Assembly (NCBI RefSeq): GCF_036321535.1
Contig: NC_087472.1
Coordinates: 91,266,001 to 91,330,000 of the forward strand
Direction: 5' to 3'
Length of the DNA: 64,000 nucleotides
Origin: Camelus dromedarius
Taxonomy: Eukaryota
This document shows, piece by piece, positions 51,097 through 64,000 of the stretch (position 1 is its first letter; each line of letters begins with the position of its first letter). The notes under the pieces are model-generated. The model worked only from the letters and a program-made list of their open reading frames with translations, ran no database searches and was not told the origin of the DNA. The translations under genes were made by a program, and so were the position numbers.

Positions 51097-52899
51097 ATGG
51101 TGCACCTGAGGCCCAGAGTGCATCAGTGACTTGTCTGAGACCAGCCAGCCTTCTGTAGTAGAACCAAGACAAGACTTTCCATCTCCTGACATCAAGCCTA
51201 ATGCCTTTTGACAGCAGGCTGAGGGAAGGGAAGTTGAGGAAAACTAGGAAGAAAAATGGATAAAAAGGAAAAAGGTAGGATGCTGGTCCACCTTGATCTT
51301 CCCAACATCCATGGAGATTTAAAGGCAAGGCAGCAGAAGAAACACTGGATTGGAAAACTAGCCTGCTCTTGGCCCTGGCATTCAACTCTGGATCTTCCTG
51401 AACTTTAAGTACCTCAGTGTCTCCCATGGCTTTCTTTTGCTTCTTTGTAAAATAGGGAAAATGTCACTGACGTGGATAGCTTAATGTGAGACTTATATGA
51501 TGTAAAGCCTGGGAAAGCACTCTACAAGCAGCATAGTTAATCATAAAAGGCAAGAGGTGGTCTAACTGGCAAGTGCGTTTCCACCGAGGAAATCCATAGG
51601 TGAAGACCAAGGTCCTTCATGCAAATGATCTGAGTAGCTTGAATCATCTGAGCTCACTGTGATGATTTCTGACTGGTAGAGCAAGAAATCAGTTACTCCC
51701 CAACGCTGCAACCTCTGGAGAGTCTCTGGATGTTTCACTTATTCCTCCCCTAGTTTTTCTTGTTTTTTAATTTACACAGAACTCATATAAGCAGAAAGGC
51801 CACATTTCCTTAGAGAATTTTTTTCTGTCCAGTAACACTTCTTGGTCTTCTCCTATTTGCCTGACTTATTTTTTCTAGTCTAGTGCATTTGGAGAGCTAT
51901 CCTTTCCTTAATCTCTCCTTGCTAGTCTAATGATTACTTGGGTTGGAATGATACAGATACAGAAAGCACAACATGGGAAGTTAGTGCTAGAAAGCATTAC
52001 AGTAAAGAGCACCGGCCCTCCTTTATTTTGAGACTGGGATGATTTAGGCAGATGGGAGAAGTGATTTGCCCAAGGTAGCTAAGGGAGTTAAAGACAGACC
52101 AAAATTTAAATATCTTTGATTAAAATAGCCAAATTGGGAGCCTTCCCCCCTCTTCATGCATACCGAACATTCCACTCATATGCATGTTAATTATCTAAGT
52201 ATAACTACCTAAAATTATGTATCGTTTTACACAATGTTGCAGATAGGAATGACAACAATTCTGAAACTTTACCTACATTAGGACCACCTAGAGGACTTAT
52301 TAAAACCTGGGCCCCAATCCCCGAATTTGTGGTTTAGTAGATGAGGTCTGAAAGCTCCCAGGTGATGCTGTAACGTTGGTACAGGGACCGCACTTTGAGG
52401 ACCATGGTGCTGTGGGTATGCTGGAATCTCTGTTCTAAGATTTAGCAAAACTGTGAGGTATGAGAAATCTGCCTTATGACTTGGGTAGAATCTTTTTCTC
52501 CCAAATCTTAGTTCTCTGCTAACACTCAAATAATCCATTTGGATTACTGGTAGATAAAGGTTTAAGGCAGAGATTCTCAAACACTACTCTGTGTTAGGAT
52601 CACCTAGGGTGCTTGTTAAGGATGCAGATTCCTGATACCCTCTCCTATATGACTATAACTCAATAAAAAATGTTAAAAAAATAAAACTTGTCTTTTGGAA
52701 TACATGGTATCAGAAGCTGCCCATATTAATAGCTTTGGTATAAAACGGTAATATTTCCCTTGATAAACAGACAAAATGCATCCATTACCTTATACACACT
52801 CCCATCTCCTATAACTACTCTACTCTCAACCACCCATATTAGTCAACTCACTTCTGTCCCTTCACAGGTGCAGAGAAGACTGCTTGAGGCCATGTGACT

Positions 52900-53290
52900 T
52901 TCATCACCAATGGGACGTTAGCAAACATGATAAGTGACACGACAAGTGGGCTTTTCCCTCTTGGAACCAAACTGCCATGCTGTTAAGAAAACCAAACTAA
53001 CCTACTAGGAGATGAGAAACCACATGGAGGAGAACTATGGCATTCTAGTTGACCAACACCAACTTCCAGATAGGTGACTGAAACCATTTTGGATATTTCA
53101 TCCCAACAGAACTCCTAGCTGACTGCAGCTGCTAAATGAGCAACCCTGTCCAATGAGTAACCTTAGCCAATATAAGCTAGAGCAGGAAAACCAGCCAGCT
53201 ATGCCCAGTTTGACCACAGACTTACGAGAGGTAATGAATGGTTACTGTTCTTAGCCACTTGGTTTTGAGTTGTCATGCAGCAACAGAAAT
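52900..53290 (+). mobile_element. MLT1-like (MaLR) LTR fossil
   Basis: TTGGAACC...GCCATGCTGT...AGCCACTTGGTTTTG...ATGCAGCAA; similar decayed pieces at ~57980-58245 and ~58860-59240. Confidence 0.5.
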
Positions 53291-54759
53291 GACAAAATGA
53301 GTACATTTTGGTATGATCTCTATTCCTAAAGAACTTAATTCTTGGGCATATTTGATTAAAACCAAGACACTAGTTCTTGACAAAAATCAGAGTAGAAGCA
53401 TCTAGAAGTTTTCCAGTTTTCCAAAAACTTGAAACTGATGCAAACTGAGAAGCTTTCAATCTGAACACCTGTCCTGATAAGGTTCCAGGGCAGGGATGAT
53501 ACTTAGAATGCTCTTGAGGCCTTGGCTGGGTCTGTTCAGGGCAAAGGGGTGCTGAAGATAGGGTCACTGTCACTTTGGTTGTTTTTATTTCCTTCCCCCA
53601 GCATCTGTTTGACTCTCTAGTCTCACATTCCTCTGATTTCCCTCATGCTTCCTCTTTTGTATGCTTGTTTCTTTTGTCTTTCCCTTTTTATATGCCCACC
53701 TCCAAGCCTCCAGTGGCTAGTAAGATGAGACAAGATGAGAGTGACAAGGATGTATGTTCCATTTATTTTCTGCCTTTTGCCACTACAGAGATGTAAAAAA
53801 AAACATATAAATACTGACAAAAGTGAAGCCAAAGTAACCACAAGTATGTTCAACAGTATGTTCACAATTATAAATTATGCATTACATTTATAATCATGGG
53901 GCAGTGACTTTTCAAGTGCTCTAGTCACACATTTTAGAAAGAAAAGAAAGTTGATTTAATGCCTTCTCTGACAAGTCATATAGTAGGCACAAATATATGC
54001 TGAATGGAAGAAGGGAATTCACTAATCTCAATGTGATTACGAATATTCATTTGCTGATTCTTCGAAAAAAACCTATACTCTTGAAAAGAAAAGGTAACTC
54101 CTCCAATTTATTTGTTTAAGCTCCCTATTTAAACTTTATCAGGGAGAAAAATGGAGGAAAATCTATCATTTATCATTCAGTAATGGCATATAAGGAAAGA
54201 GGAACAATGATCTCAACTGCAGTATATTCATTGTTCCTTTAATGGGAAACGACTCCCTTTTGAAACATTCCACTGAAATCATCTGTGTCTTTCGGGACAC
54301 TTCTTATGTGTGAAGAAACATGGATTTTTTAAAAATCAAAGGATTGGAAAGAAATTTTTAGACTGTCTAGCTCAACTGAACTTATTAGAACAGGAGAATA
54401 TAAAGGCAAGAATCTAAGTCATTTGTCCAAGGTCACTCAAATGTATGGAGTAGGTCACCAAATGGTGACATGCACATGTGTGTCTTATGAATTCATTACT
54501 ATTTCTGAAAAAAGAACTCGAGTATAAACCAGCCTACAATGAATCAACAGTACTATTTTCCAAAGACAGTGTAAACATACAAACATTGTATGTATTAACA
54601 ATTGAGTCATCATTGAAAAAAACCTGTGGCCTTTTTTTTCAGTTTTCCTACCATACTTTTGGTACTCCATTCTCCCAAGGCCCCATTTCTCACCACTGTA
54701 CATGAAACCTAGGTCTTCATCTGTCATCTCCCTCTCTATGTTACAGAATGAGGAATTAG

Positions 54760-55642
54760 AAACCATAGAGAAACATCAGATGCTGGTGAGGATGTGGGGC
54801 AACAGGACCTCTCATTCATGGCTGCTGGGAATGCAAAATGGTACAGCCACTTTGGGAGACACTATGGCAGTTTCTAACGAAATTAAACATACTCTTACCA
54901 TTCAACCCAGCAATCATGTTCTTCGGTATTTACCCAGAAGAGCTGAAGACTTTTGTCCACACAAAAATCTGCAGATGCACATTACGGCAGCTTTATTCAC
55001 AACTGCCAAAACTTGGAAGCAATCAAGATGTCCTTCAGTAGGTGAATGGATAAATGAACTGTGGTACATCCAGACAATGGAATATGATTCAGTGCTAAAA
55101 ATCAATGAGCTATCAAGCCATGAAAAGACATGGAGGAGACTTATATATATACTACTAAGTGAAAGAAGCCAGTCTGAAAAGGCTACACACTGTATGATTC
55201 CAGCTATGTGACAATCTGGAAAAGGCAAAACTATGGACACAGTAAAAGATCAGTGCTTGCCAGGGGCTCGTCAGGTGGGGATGTGTAAGGATGAATAGGT
55301 GGAGCACAGAGGATCTTTACGGCAGTGAAACTACTCTGTATTGATATGGAGCACTCTATAATGATGTAGTCTACAAACTACTCTATAATGATGAATACAT
55401 GTCATTATACATTTATCTAAACCCACAGAATGTAAACAGTAAGAGCAAACTCTAATGTAAACTATGGACTGTGAGGGGTAATGATGTGTTGATGTAGGTT
55501 CATCAGTCGTAACAAACATACCACTCTGGTGGGGGGTGCTGATGATGGGGGAGTCTGTTGGGATGGGGGCTGTGGTCATATGGGAATTCTCTGATCTACC
55601 TGCTCAGTTTTCTTGTGAACCTAAAACTGCTATAAAAAAAAA
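54760..55642 (+). mobile_element. Old L1 (L1MC1-like) ORF2 C-terminus and 3'UTR
   Basis: ITAALFTTAKTWKQSRCPSVGEWINELWYIQTMEY ORF2 C-terminal peptide; GAACCTAAAACTGCT plus A tail. Confidence 0.88.
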
Positions 55643-56884
55643 TCCTCAAAAAATTGTAGAACTAGTTTTGATAGATTTGAATGGTTCTGTCCCCTACTCA
55701 TCCTTCTCAGCTGACGGTACATTACTGAGCATTCATTACTTTGGTTGAGATATCACCACTCTTTCCCTTTCATTGCCATTTCGATTCTCTGGTCTTGACT
55801 TCCTTTACTTGGGACCACATTGCTTGCATTGGTATATTCCCTTGCTTATGATAAAATAAATTTTACTAGAATTCTTTTTAGTATTTAAATAAGTTTATGA
55901 ATTCAATACTTCTTAAAGCTAAGGCTATTTTAAATACTTTTTAAAATCTTGGTGCAACATGAAATCACTAACTTATGGAGAACAGAGGTTTTTTCCTCCT
56001 TTTAGGAACTGTTGGTCCCCACACCCCTGCTACTCAGGAAAATTCCAAGAACAGTTTGTACTTACACTTTCAAATATACATTAACTTCTCCACTCCCCTT
56101 CATGCCCTTTTCCCTAATTGCTGGTTAATGACAGTGCAGTCCACAAATGGAAATGTTCTCTTTGTAGTTTGTGTCTGGCTGCCTGGAAGTGATGGTGATG
56201 TCACAATTGTCAGTTGGGCAACACTGTAAGAGGAACCTAGTTAAAGGGAAAATAACTTCTATTTGTAAATTAGTATTTGTACAATGAAGAAACCATAAGT
56301 TTGTATGTCTCTCCTCCCATGACCTTCTCTTCTTCTGGTTGAGGCGATAGGACATTTCTGCCCAGTAAGGAGAACTTCCTTTGATGTAGTGCCAGTGTCT
56401 AGACACTTTGGGATGCCTGTGTATTCTACAGGTGACATAGTCCATATTGCGTCACATTTCGGAGATCTCCAGTCTGCCAGTCTCATAGACACCCAGACTG
56501 GCATATGTGCTCAGAAATAGAGAACAAAGTGATCACTTTTAACTTATGATTCACAGCTATGTGGTTATGAAACTTAAAGGAACAAGACCCATTTCAAGTA
56601 AGGGTTTGGTGCCTTCCGTGGTACCCTCAGGGAAGGGTTTTACAGCAGAATAGCTTTTCCCTGTATAATTATATTTATTATTTGGGAGCCTTCTCTGCTA
56701 ACAAGTATAAGAGAGCTTGTTATGTGGATTGTATTCAGGAAAGATTTTCTTTTCAATCTTTTGGTATTTTCCCCCTGTTAATTCTACTGAAATTCTTTTT
56801 TTTTTTCTCAAGGAAGAAAGGCAGATGATATATTCAAATGAGAGTGAAAATACTACAGATACTTGGATATTTTATAACTTTTTT

Positions 56885-57668
56885 TTTCTTTTCTAAAAAA
56901 CTGAGGTATAAATTGACACAACATTGTAAAATGACTATAACGCAATAAAAAATGTTAAAAAAAAAGTAAAAAATTGAAGTATAATTGACATACAATATTA
57001 TATTCGTTTCTGGTGTACAGTGTAATGATTTGATACTTGCATACACTGTAAAATGATCAGCACAATAAGTAGAGTCACCATCCATCACAATAGAGTTACC
57101 AGGAAAATACTTTTTTTTTCTTGTGATTAGAACTTTCAAGATTCACTTTCAGCAACTTTCAAATATGCACTACAATGCCATTGACTACTGTTACCATGCA
57201 GCTCACCATCCCCATCACCTATGTTTTTCCCAACTGGAAGTCTGTACCTCCAACCCCCTTCACCCATTTGACCCACCTCCCCTCAACCTTCCTCCCTCCT
57301 AGCAACCACCACTCTGTTTTTCATCTCGATGAGTTTTGTTTTGTTTTCTAGAATCCACACGTAAGTGAGATCATATGATATTTGTCTTTCTCTGACTTAT
57401 TTCACTTAGGATAATGCCCTCAAGATCTAGCCATGTTGTCACAAATAGCAAGATTACCATCAACAGATGACTGGATAAAGAAGATGTGGTATATTTCTAC
57501 AATGGAATACTATTCAGCCATAAAAACGACAGCATGATGCCATTTGCAGCAACATGGATGTTCCTGGAGAATGTCATTCTAAGTGAAGTAAGCCAGAAAG
57601 AGAAAGAAAAATACCATATGAGATTGCTTGTATGTGGAATCTAAGAAAAAAATTTCATTCTTTTTTAA
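56885..57668 (-). mobile_element. L1 3' region (L1MA9-like, antisense) with two nested sense L1 fragments
   Basis: Antisense L1 3'UTR motifs; sense fragments at ~56912-56965 and ~57456-57651. Confidence 0.8.
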
Positions 57669-60600
57669 TAACTATTTAGACCAATGTTTCTATGGCTTTA
57701 GAGTCACAAGTGTCTGAGTTAACATCTTGGCCTCTTCCAAAAGTCTGGAGGTCAAATTGTAGCAAACTTGGATGTTTTCTTAGGCTCACTCCTTTATAAA
57801 TACCACTCCCCTTTGCTCATAGGCCGTTCTTGAGCAGTACTGCCTTCTCCCTCCCTGTCCACTGTAGTTTGTGCTATGTCGTTGCAGTAATGGCTTTGAC
57901 ACAAGCAGAGAGTTAGAAATGAGGTTCTTTATTTTGGACTAGGGCTCCTTTGCTGCTCCTTTGCTAGTCCTCAAACCACCACATGGAGAGACCTCATGGA
58001 GCAGAAACAAGTCACTGCTACTGAGGCCCTACTAGAAAAACCAGCTTAACAATCACCAGGCACATGAGTTAGGCTATCCTAGAATGTCCAGCCTCAGTCC
58101 AGCTGGCCTAGACTAGAAGAGCCATCACAAATGTCCCATGCATCACAGACAATCTACAGAATTGTGAGCTATGCACAAGATTTTGTTGCTCTAAGCCCCT
58201 ATATTTCAAGATGGCTTGTTATGCAATGAAAGCTATGTGATACACAGTCTTGCATGCAATCAGTTTGGTTTTCTATCATGTGAGGGAACACCAATCACAA
58301 GCTGGTTGCTCATAACTTCCTCTTCTTCCATTATAGAAAGTATCTTAGTCTAGTTCTTTGGTTACAAGGAACAAAGTCCATTTAAGTTAGCTAAAAATAA
58401 AATTCTGTGCATGTCTACATTTGTGCGTGTGCACACGTACATATGCTATGTGGGTGGTAAGGGATGGTTTTGATGACAACACAGACAACTTCTTAAACAC
58501 AAGACCAGCACTTCTTCAAACAGCCTTATGAGAACTGAATTTACTCTAATAGTTTTTTTTTGTTTTTGTTTTTTGTTTTTTGCTCTCTGGGACTCTTCTC
58601 TGAAACTCTGAACATCTGTTCTGTTTTCCTACTTAATTCTGAGACTGGCTTTCTACGTTAAGTCACCAAGTTGCACACGGCCCCAAGTGACACCTTGGTC
58701 TCCAAGTCTAAGAGACTTAATACCTTATTGATTAAAATATGTTTCCAAATGCAAACCCTCAAAAAATTTTTTTGACTGGCTCAAGTCATAGTCAGCAGGG
58801 GTGACATGGGACAGATAGATTGGGCAAGAACTCTGCTGGCTGACTTGAGATCTACTGATCTAGGCTAGGCTCAGCCAGGTACCACTGCTTCAGGCTATGG
58901 CAGCTAGGCTGGCCCTTGTTCTCACTGCAGGTTGTGTATTGGAACGGGTGGCTCTGCTCCATGTGTGTTATTTTCTTCCTTGGTTCAGTGAGATAGCTAA
59001 TTCTTAGGCATGTTTGTCTCATGGTGATGGCAAACGTGTGAGAGAACAAATGAAAATGTGCAAGGCTTATTAAGGTCTAGGGTTGAAACTGTCATGCTGG
59101 CATTTTTTGTCCAGATATCACTCATCAAAGCAAGTTACACGATTAAGCACAAAGTCAAGGGGCAGGGAAATCCACTCCACCCATGATAAGACCATGACAA
59201 GTGTCTGCCTGTAGGTAGGGATGAAGAATTGGGACCAGCAATGCAACCTAATACACTTTCCTCCTTTCATGTCTTTGATATATTCATCTTTAGAGCAGCA
59301 GAGATGGTAGTAGTAGTGATTCATGGTGAAGAGCGGGAAGAGGTGGGTCCAGGGGCTAGAGGAACTAACTTGTCTATAAGAATGGTTTTGAAGATTGCTG
59401 GGAGCCAAAATGACAGTTTAAAGGGCCCCACAGTAGATATGGGTTTGCTCTGGATCAATACTAGTATTCCAGGAGAACCAATACGTACTGTAGTTGCAAT
59501 CTCTAGGCCATGACATGGCCCTACTGGAGAGGGCCAACCAGGTTGTTTAGGGCAGAGCTACACTCCCTAGAGTAAGAAAACTGCTGTGCACATCAGGAAA
59601 GCAGCACAGATAAACAGTCATATATCTGGCCAATAAAGAAGAGGTCAGAATGAAGGTAACAGCATGACAGCAAGCACTGGGCCAAGGCTAATAGGACAAG
59701 ACTACTCCAGGCCCCAGAAGGTCTGCTTTGGTAAAGCTTAGCTAAGGCCAGAGATGAAAGGCTATTGAAGGTCCTCAGGGCCTGGCAAGAAAAAAAAAAA
59801 AAAAAAAAACAACCCACAGACTGATTCTGCTAGCTCACAATGCTTTTCCTGTCCTGTAAACGCACTGCCTCCTGCCCCCAGCCTGCTATACCGCTTGTTG
59901 TCCAAATGACTCAGTTGGTAATTCATCTGTTCTACCTTATCTGTTTCTTAATTTGTCATGTGTGGATCATGTGAAAAATCATATGACTATTTTTGTTTGT
60001 TTGTTTGTTTTGTTTCATTTGACTACTTTTAAAGATAAAGTTCAGAGCAGACCTATGCCCAATAGTTGGTTCTGACTGTTGAAGGAGTAGAAATCAGGGT
60101 AATGAAGTCAGAAGACCCAGGAAGTGTAGACTGATGGTAGGAAGTAGACGCAATAAAAGTAAATCATTAGTAGGGCTTGACTCTGATAATCCCGTAAGAG
60201 GCTCCTAATACATCCTAGTTACTAATGGTGGACAAGAGGCTGTGACCTGACTATAAGCATTAGGAGAAATGGGGGAGGAGCCTGTTCCAAGCACTTAGAA
60301 GAAATGGACGTTGGCCAAGCAGCAGTGGGAACTCTTTAAAACTTCCTCATCTCTGAATTCAGAGTAAGCACCTGTTTATTTTTGCAGCTTCATCCCCCAC
60401 AACTTCCCCATCTGTACTCTACCCACTGCCAACGAGCATGCTTTCCGTTTCCCAAAGACATCCTGCTCTTTCCCTGTTCTGTGTGTTTGAGTGTGCTGTT
60501 CTTACCCTCTAGGATGCTGTCTTTCCAATTTTTGCTTATTGATTTGTTCTCATCCTTCACGGTCTACCCCCAATTCTACTTTTTCCATGAAGTGCATTCC

Positions 60601-63600
60601 TCAAGCAAGTATGACCTGTTCTGACTTTAACTCCCATGGTACATCTCACAGTCGACCTTGTATTATTATTTTACCCACACTTGTTTTGGCCATCCTTTCC
60701 CTCCTCTTCCCTCTGTATTAGTTATCTATCGGACAGCCTGTATTTCATCTGGACCTATAAAGATGCTTGTTCTCAAAGCCACTGCCCTCAAAAGACTCTA
60801 GTTGGTCTAGAGGAAAATGTAGACAGACAGACAAATGAGAATTGAAACGTGTGGTAAAGATTAAACAGAAGTAAGTATAAGTGTTATGGACCCTCTAAGA
60901 AGGAAACTCTAACCAGCCTTCTAGAGTCAGAATCCTGAGGGTTAAGGGCAAGTCATTCAAGCAGTCATCAGCATGTGCAAATACCTGAGGGTTATTAAAA
61001 TTTGCTCTAAGGAGCAATACATTAAATATTTATGTTTAGATCTTGGTAAATTAATAAACAAAATATATGAATTATATAAAACCCTTCCTATTTGTCATAT
61101 CTTCTGGCAACCTTCAATAAGCTGTCATTCACTGCAATTTACAAATAAGGAAATCAGCCTCAGGGTTTAAATGATTAATCTGGAGTCAATCAAACTCAAA
61201 GTAGCAGAGTAAGGTTGACAGCATAGGTTTTCTGATGCCAGAGCCGTGCTCTTTCCTTTACATTCTGCCTCTCAGATCTTGCTCTTCTTGCTAGGAGAGA
61301 ACTGGGTAAAGGGTCAAGGAAAGGCTGTGGAAGAAAAGTTGGAAACTGGAGGATTAATTACATAACCGCCACAGTTTTTGCACAAGACTAACTCTGCTTC
61401 ATAAAGTATACAAAATCCAGTGTCTAGTTGGTCCATCAGTGTGCCTTAATGCCTTCCCATGGACTCCTCTGCTTTCAGTGGTTGACACTGACATTCACAG
61501 AGGTAATAAAAAGGGTGGAGGTGAAGGATGACCTCTAACCTACTTAAAGAACTGATGTGGATGCAGTGATGGGAGCCAACAAAAATGTCATAACATGCAA
61601 GTATAAAGAATTATTTTGGAGTTGCACAAATCACCTGACTGAAGCTCTAACCTCAGTACCACTGACATCTGAATAGCGAACTTAAAAAAAATAATGGTAC
61701 GTTACTATATTCTAGGTCAAAACAAAATTTCACTTCATTTCCACTTAAAAAATCTACATGTGCCATATACAACATTTAAGAGAGGTGATAAGGGTAAAAT
61801 CTAATGAGATTTCTGTAATTCCAAAAATTCTGTTCTCTACAGAGATCAGCACTGCCACCCTCAGTAAAAGGTGGAAATTGCAATTATCAAGTAAGGATAC
61901 TGTAGCCTTATATTAAATGTAAATTGCTCCCCTAATTAATAGCCTTGAATTAATACTTGGATGAAACACTGGAGATCATGCCTCATTTTTCACGTTAAAA
62001 ATTAAGATTCAGAGAAGCTTGGTGATTCTGCCAGGGATTTTCATATATGTGATGTCATTATATCTTTGAAAACTTGCAAAGTAGACATGACAAGTGATAT
62101 TCCAATTTTACAAATAGGAAAACAAAGCACAAAGAGTTTATGCCTTGTTTGTTAGCACAAGAGTAATAAAGGACTATTCCAGGATTTTTGTATTTTTTCC
62201 TGTACTGCGTGACCCTTCATGAATTTTTTACTGATCTGAAGGAAATGACAGTTAAGGGATAATAATAAAAAATAAATAAATCAGCATTTCACTCTTTTCT
62301 TAAGCAACCCAGTAAGGAGGTGGAAAGGGTTCTAGACTGGAGTTTGAGACATATTTCCAGCAGTTAATGGCTGAGTGACCTTTGGGCTAACTTTTTACAT
62401 GTGTTCATCTTTGAGGTCATAAGCCTGGAATTTGACCTGTCTCCCAGGGTTGGTACAAAGCTCAAATGAGATAACTGATGGGAAAATGCTGTGTAGACTG
62501 CTAAATCTTAACTGATTATATGGTGAAAACATATTCTTGATGATCAATGTTTTAGAAATGCAGGGGATAATAAAAACATTAACTTTTAGGTACTAATCTA
62601 ATGAGAGACTTCTGTAACTTATAAAGGAGGATTTGACAACTTTTTAACAGCAGAAATGATAATCCTGGACACAAGAAGAAATATATATGCTCTTGTTTGG
62701 GAAGACAATATAATAGAGAAGGTATTTCAGAAATTAATTTACAGAGTCAGTACATTACCAATTAAAATCTCAACAGACTACTTAACAGAACTTGACTACC
62801 TGTCAACTTTTTATGGAAAAACATTCAACCAATGTTTCTACAAAAAAAGATAACAGTGTAGGATTTACTCTGCCAAACTTTTAAATAACTGTCACAACTT
62901 TCTGCACTATCTTAAGTAGAGAAAATAGAACGGTGAGGTAGAATAAATTTTAAAAGTAGACTAACATTTTAAGATGTCAATATATGGCAAGTCAATGACA
63001 CAAAATAATAAAAATGAATCACTAATAAATGTGCTAAGGAGAATGGAAAGGAATACACAGAAAAATTAATTTCTAGTAATATCTTGTATCACATCCTAAA
63101 TACATTTTAAATTAAAGAGTTAAATATTAAAAAGCCACCTACAAACAATGCCAGAAGAAAACAGGATCATAAATCTTAAAATGCTTGTGAAAGGGAGATA
63201 ATTTCTTGATAATTAAATGAATAAAATATCCATTGTAAAATGGATAAAATAAGAAATGAAATGTTTTCCTATAACAATGAATACTAAAATGAAAACAACT
63301 GGATGAGAAAGTTGTTTGTATTTGATACGTAGGAATAAAAATTTTAGCCCCAAAGTATGTAAGTAAGAGAGATACTGGTTTATAAAGGCAGTAACTACTT
63401 TCTAATGGCAGCATGGTCAAAGAATAGGAATATACAATTACATAAGAAGAAATATATGTAGTAATCAAAGGTTACTCAACAGTTAAGCTTCCAGAAGAAT
63501 TTAAAATTTCGTGAATTAGAGCAACTATAAGATGTCATCGTAACTATATTTAATTAGTAAAAATAAATCAATTTAAATAGGTCATTTGATGACAAGGAAG

Positions 63601-64000
63601 TGGGGAAAAAAGATATTTCTATACAGTGGTGATAGAATGTGGGCAATCCTTCCGAAGGAAATATTTCAAAAGAAAAGAAAAGAAAAAGACCATTTTGGAC
63701 AAAGGCATTTACATTTGCATACCATATTCCAGTCAAAACTGGAAATGATCTGATCTGATAACTTAATTTTAAAAAGTTTAAAAAAAAACTGGAAAGATCT
63801 GAAATACTGCTGTGGAGAAATTACTAGACAAACTGTGACATGTTTGGCAATGGATTAATATTCTCATTAGAAATGACAGATGTTAGGACCATATAAATAT
63901 GTGGAAATAAATACATAAAATAATGTTAAGTAAAACAAATAAACAATGTATAGATGTTGATACCAGCCTTACAAAATTTATAGTATAAACAGTGGGCTTG

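Noticed and set aside
54702..55211. 169-aa ORF
   Set aside because: Decayed L1 ORF2 C-terminus, not a host gene.

Overview
Mammalian genomic DNA, most likely from a camelid, judged from the tRNA-derived Vic-1-like SINEs and camelid-type L1 3' ends. The left two-thirds holds the 5' half of glycerol kinase (GK) on the minus strand: a CpG-island promoter near 42.3-43.3 kb and 11 coding exons from 42676 down to 2579. All are GT-AG, and the gene continues beyond the left edge. One exon has an extra T in a homopolymer that creates an immediate TGA stop. About 2.2 kb upstream of the GK ATG, head-to-head with it, lies an internally deleted class I (gammaretrovirus-like) provirus at 44879-50161. It has ~98% identical LTRs, a TTGC target-site duplication, a tRNA-Thr PBS, decayed gag-pro, and integrase and TM remnants. 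The main finding is a ~300-bp fragment of host ataxin-7 (ATXN7) mRNA inside the capsid region of gag. It carries a (CAG)11CAA(CAG)11 polyQ tract and part of the N-terminal zinc finger, and is joined to gag by microhomologies, which points to retroviral capture of a cellular transcript. The rest is intron and intergenic DNA with SINEs, L1 fragments, DNA-transposon fossils and old LTRs. Gene and repeat-family assignments rest on recalled sequences, not database searches.
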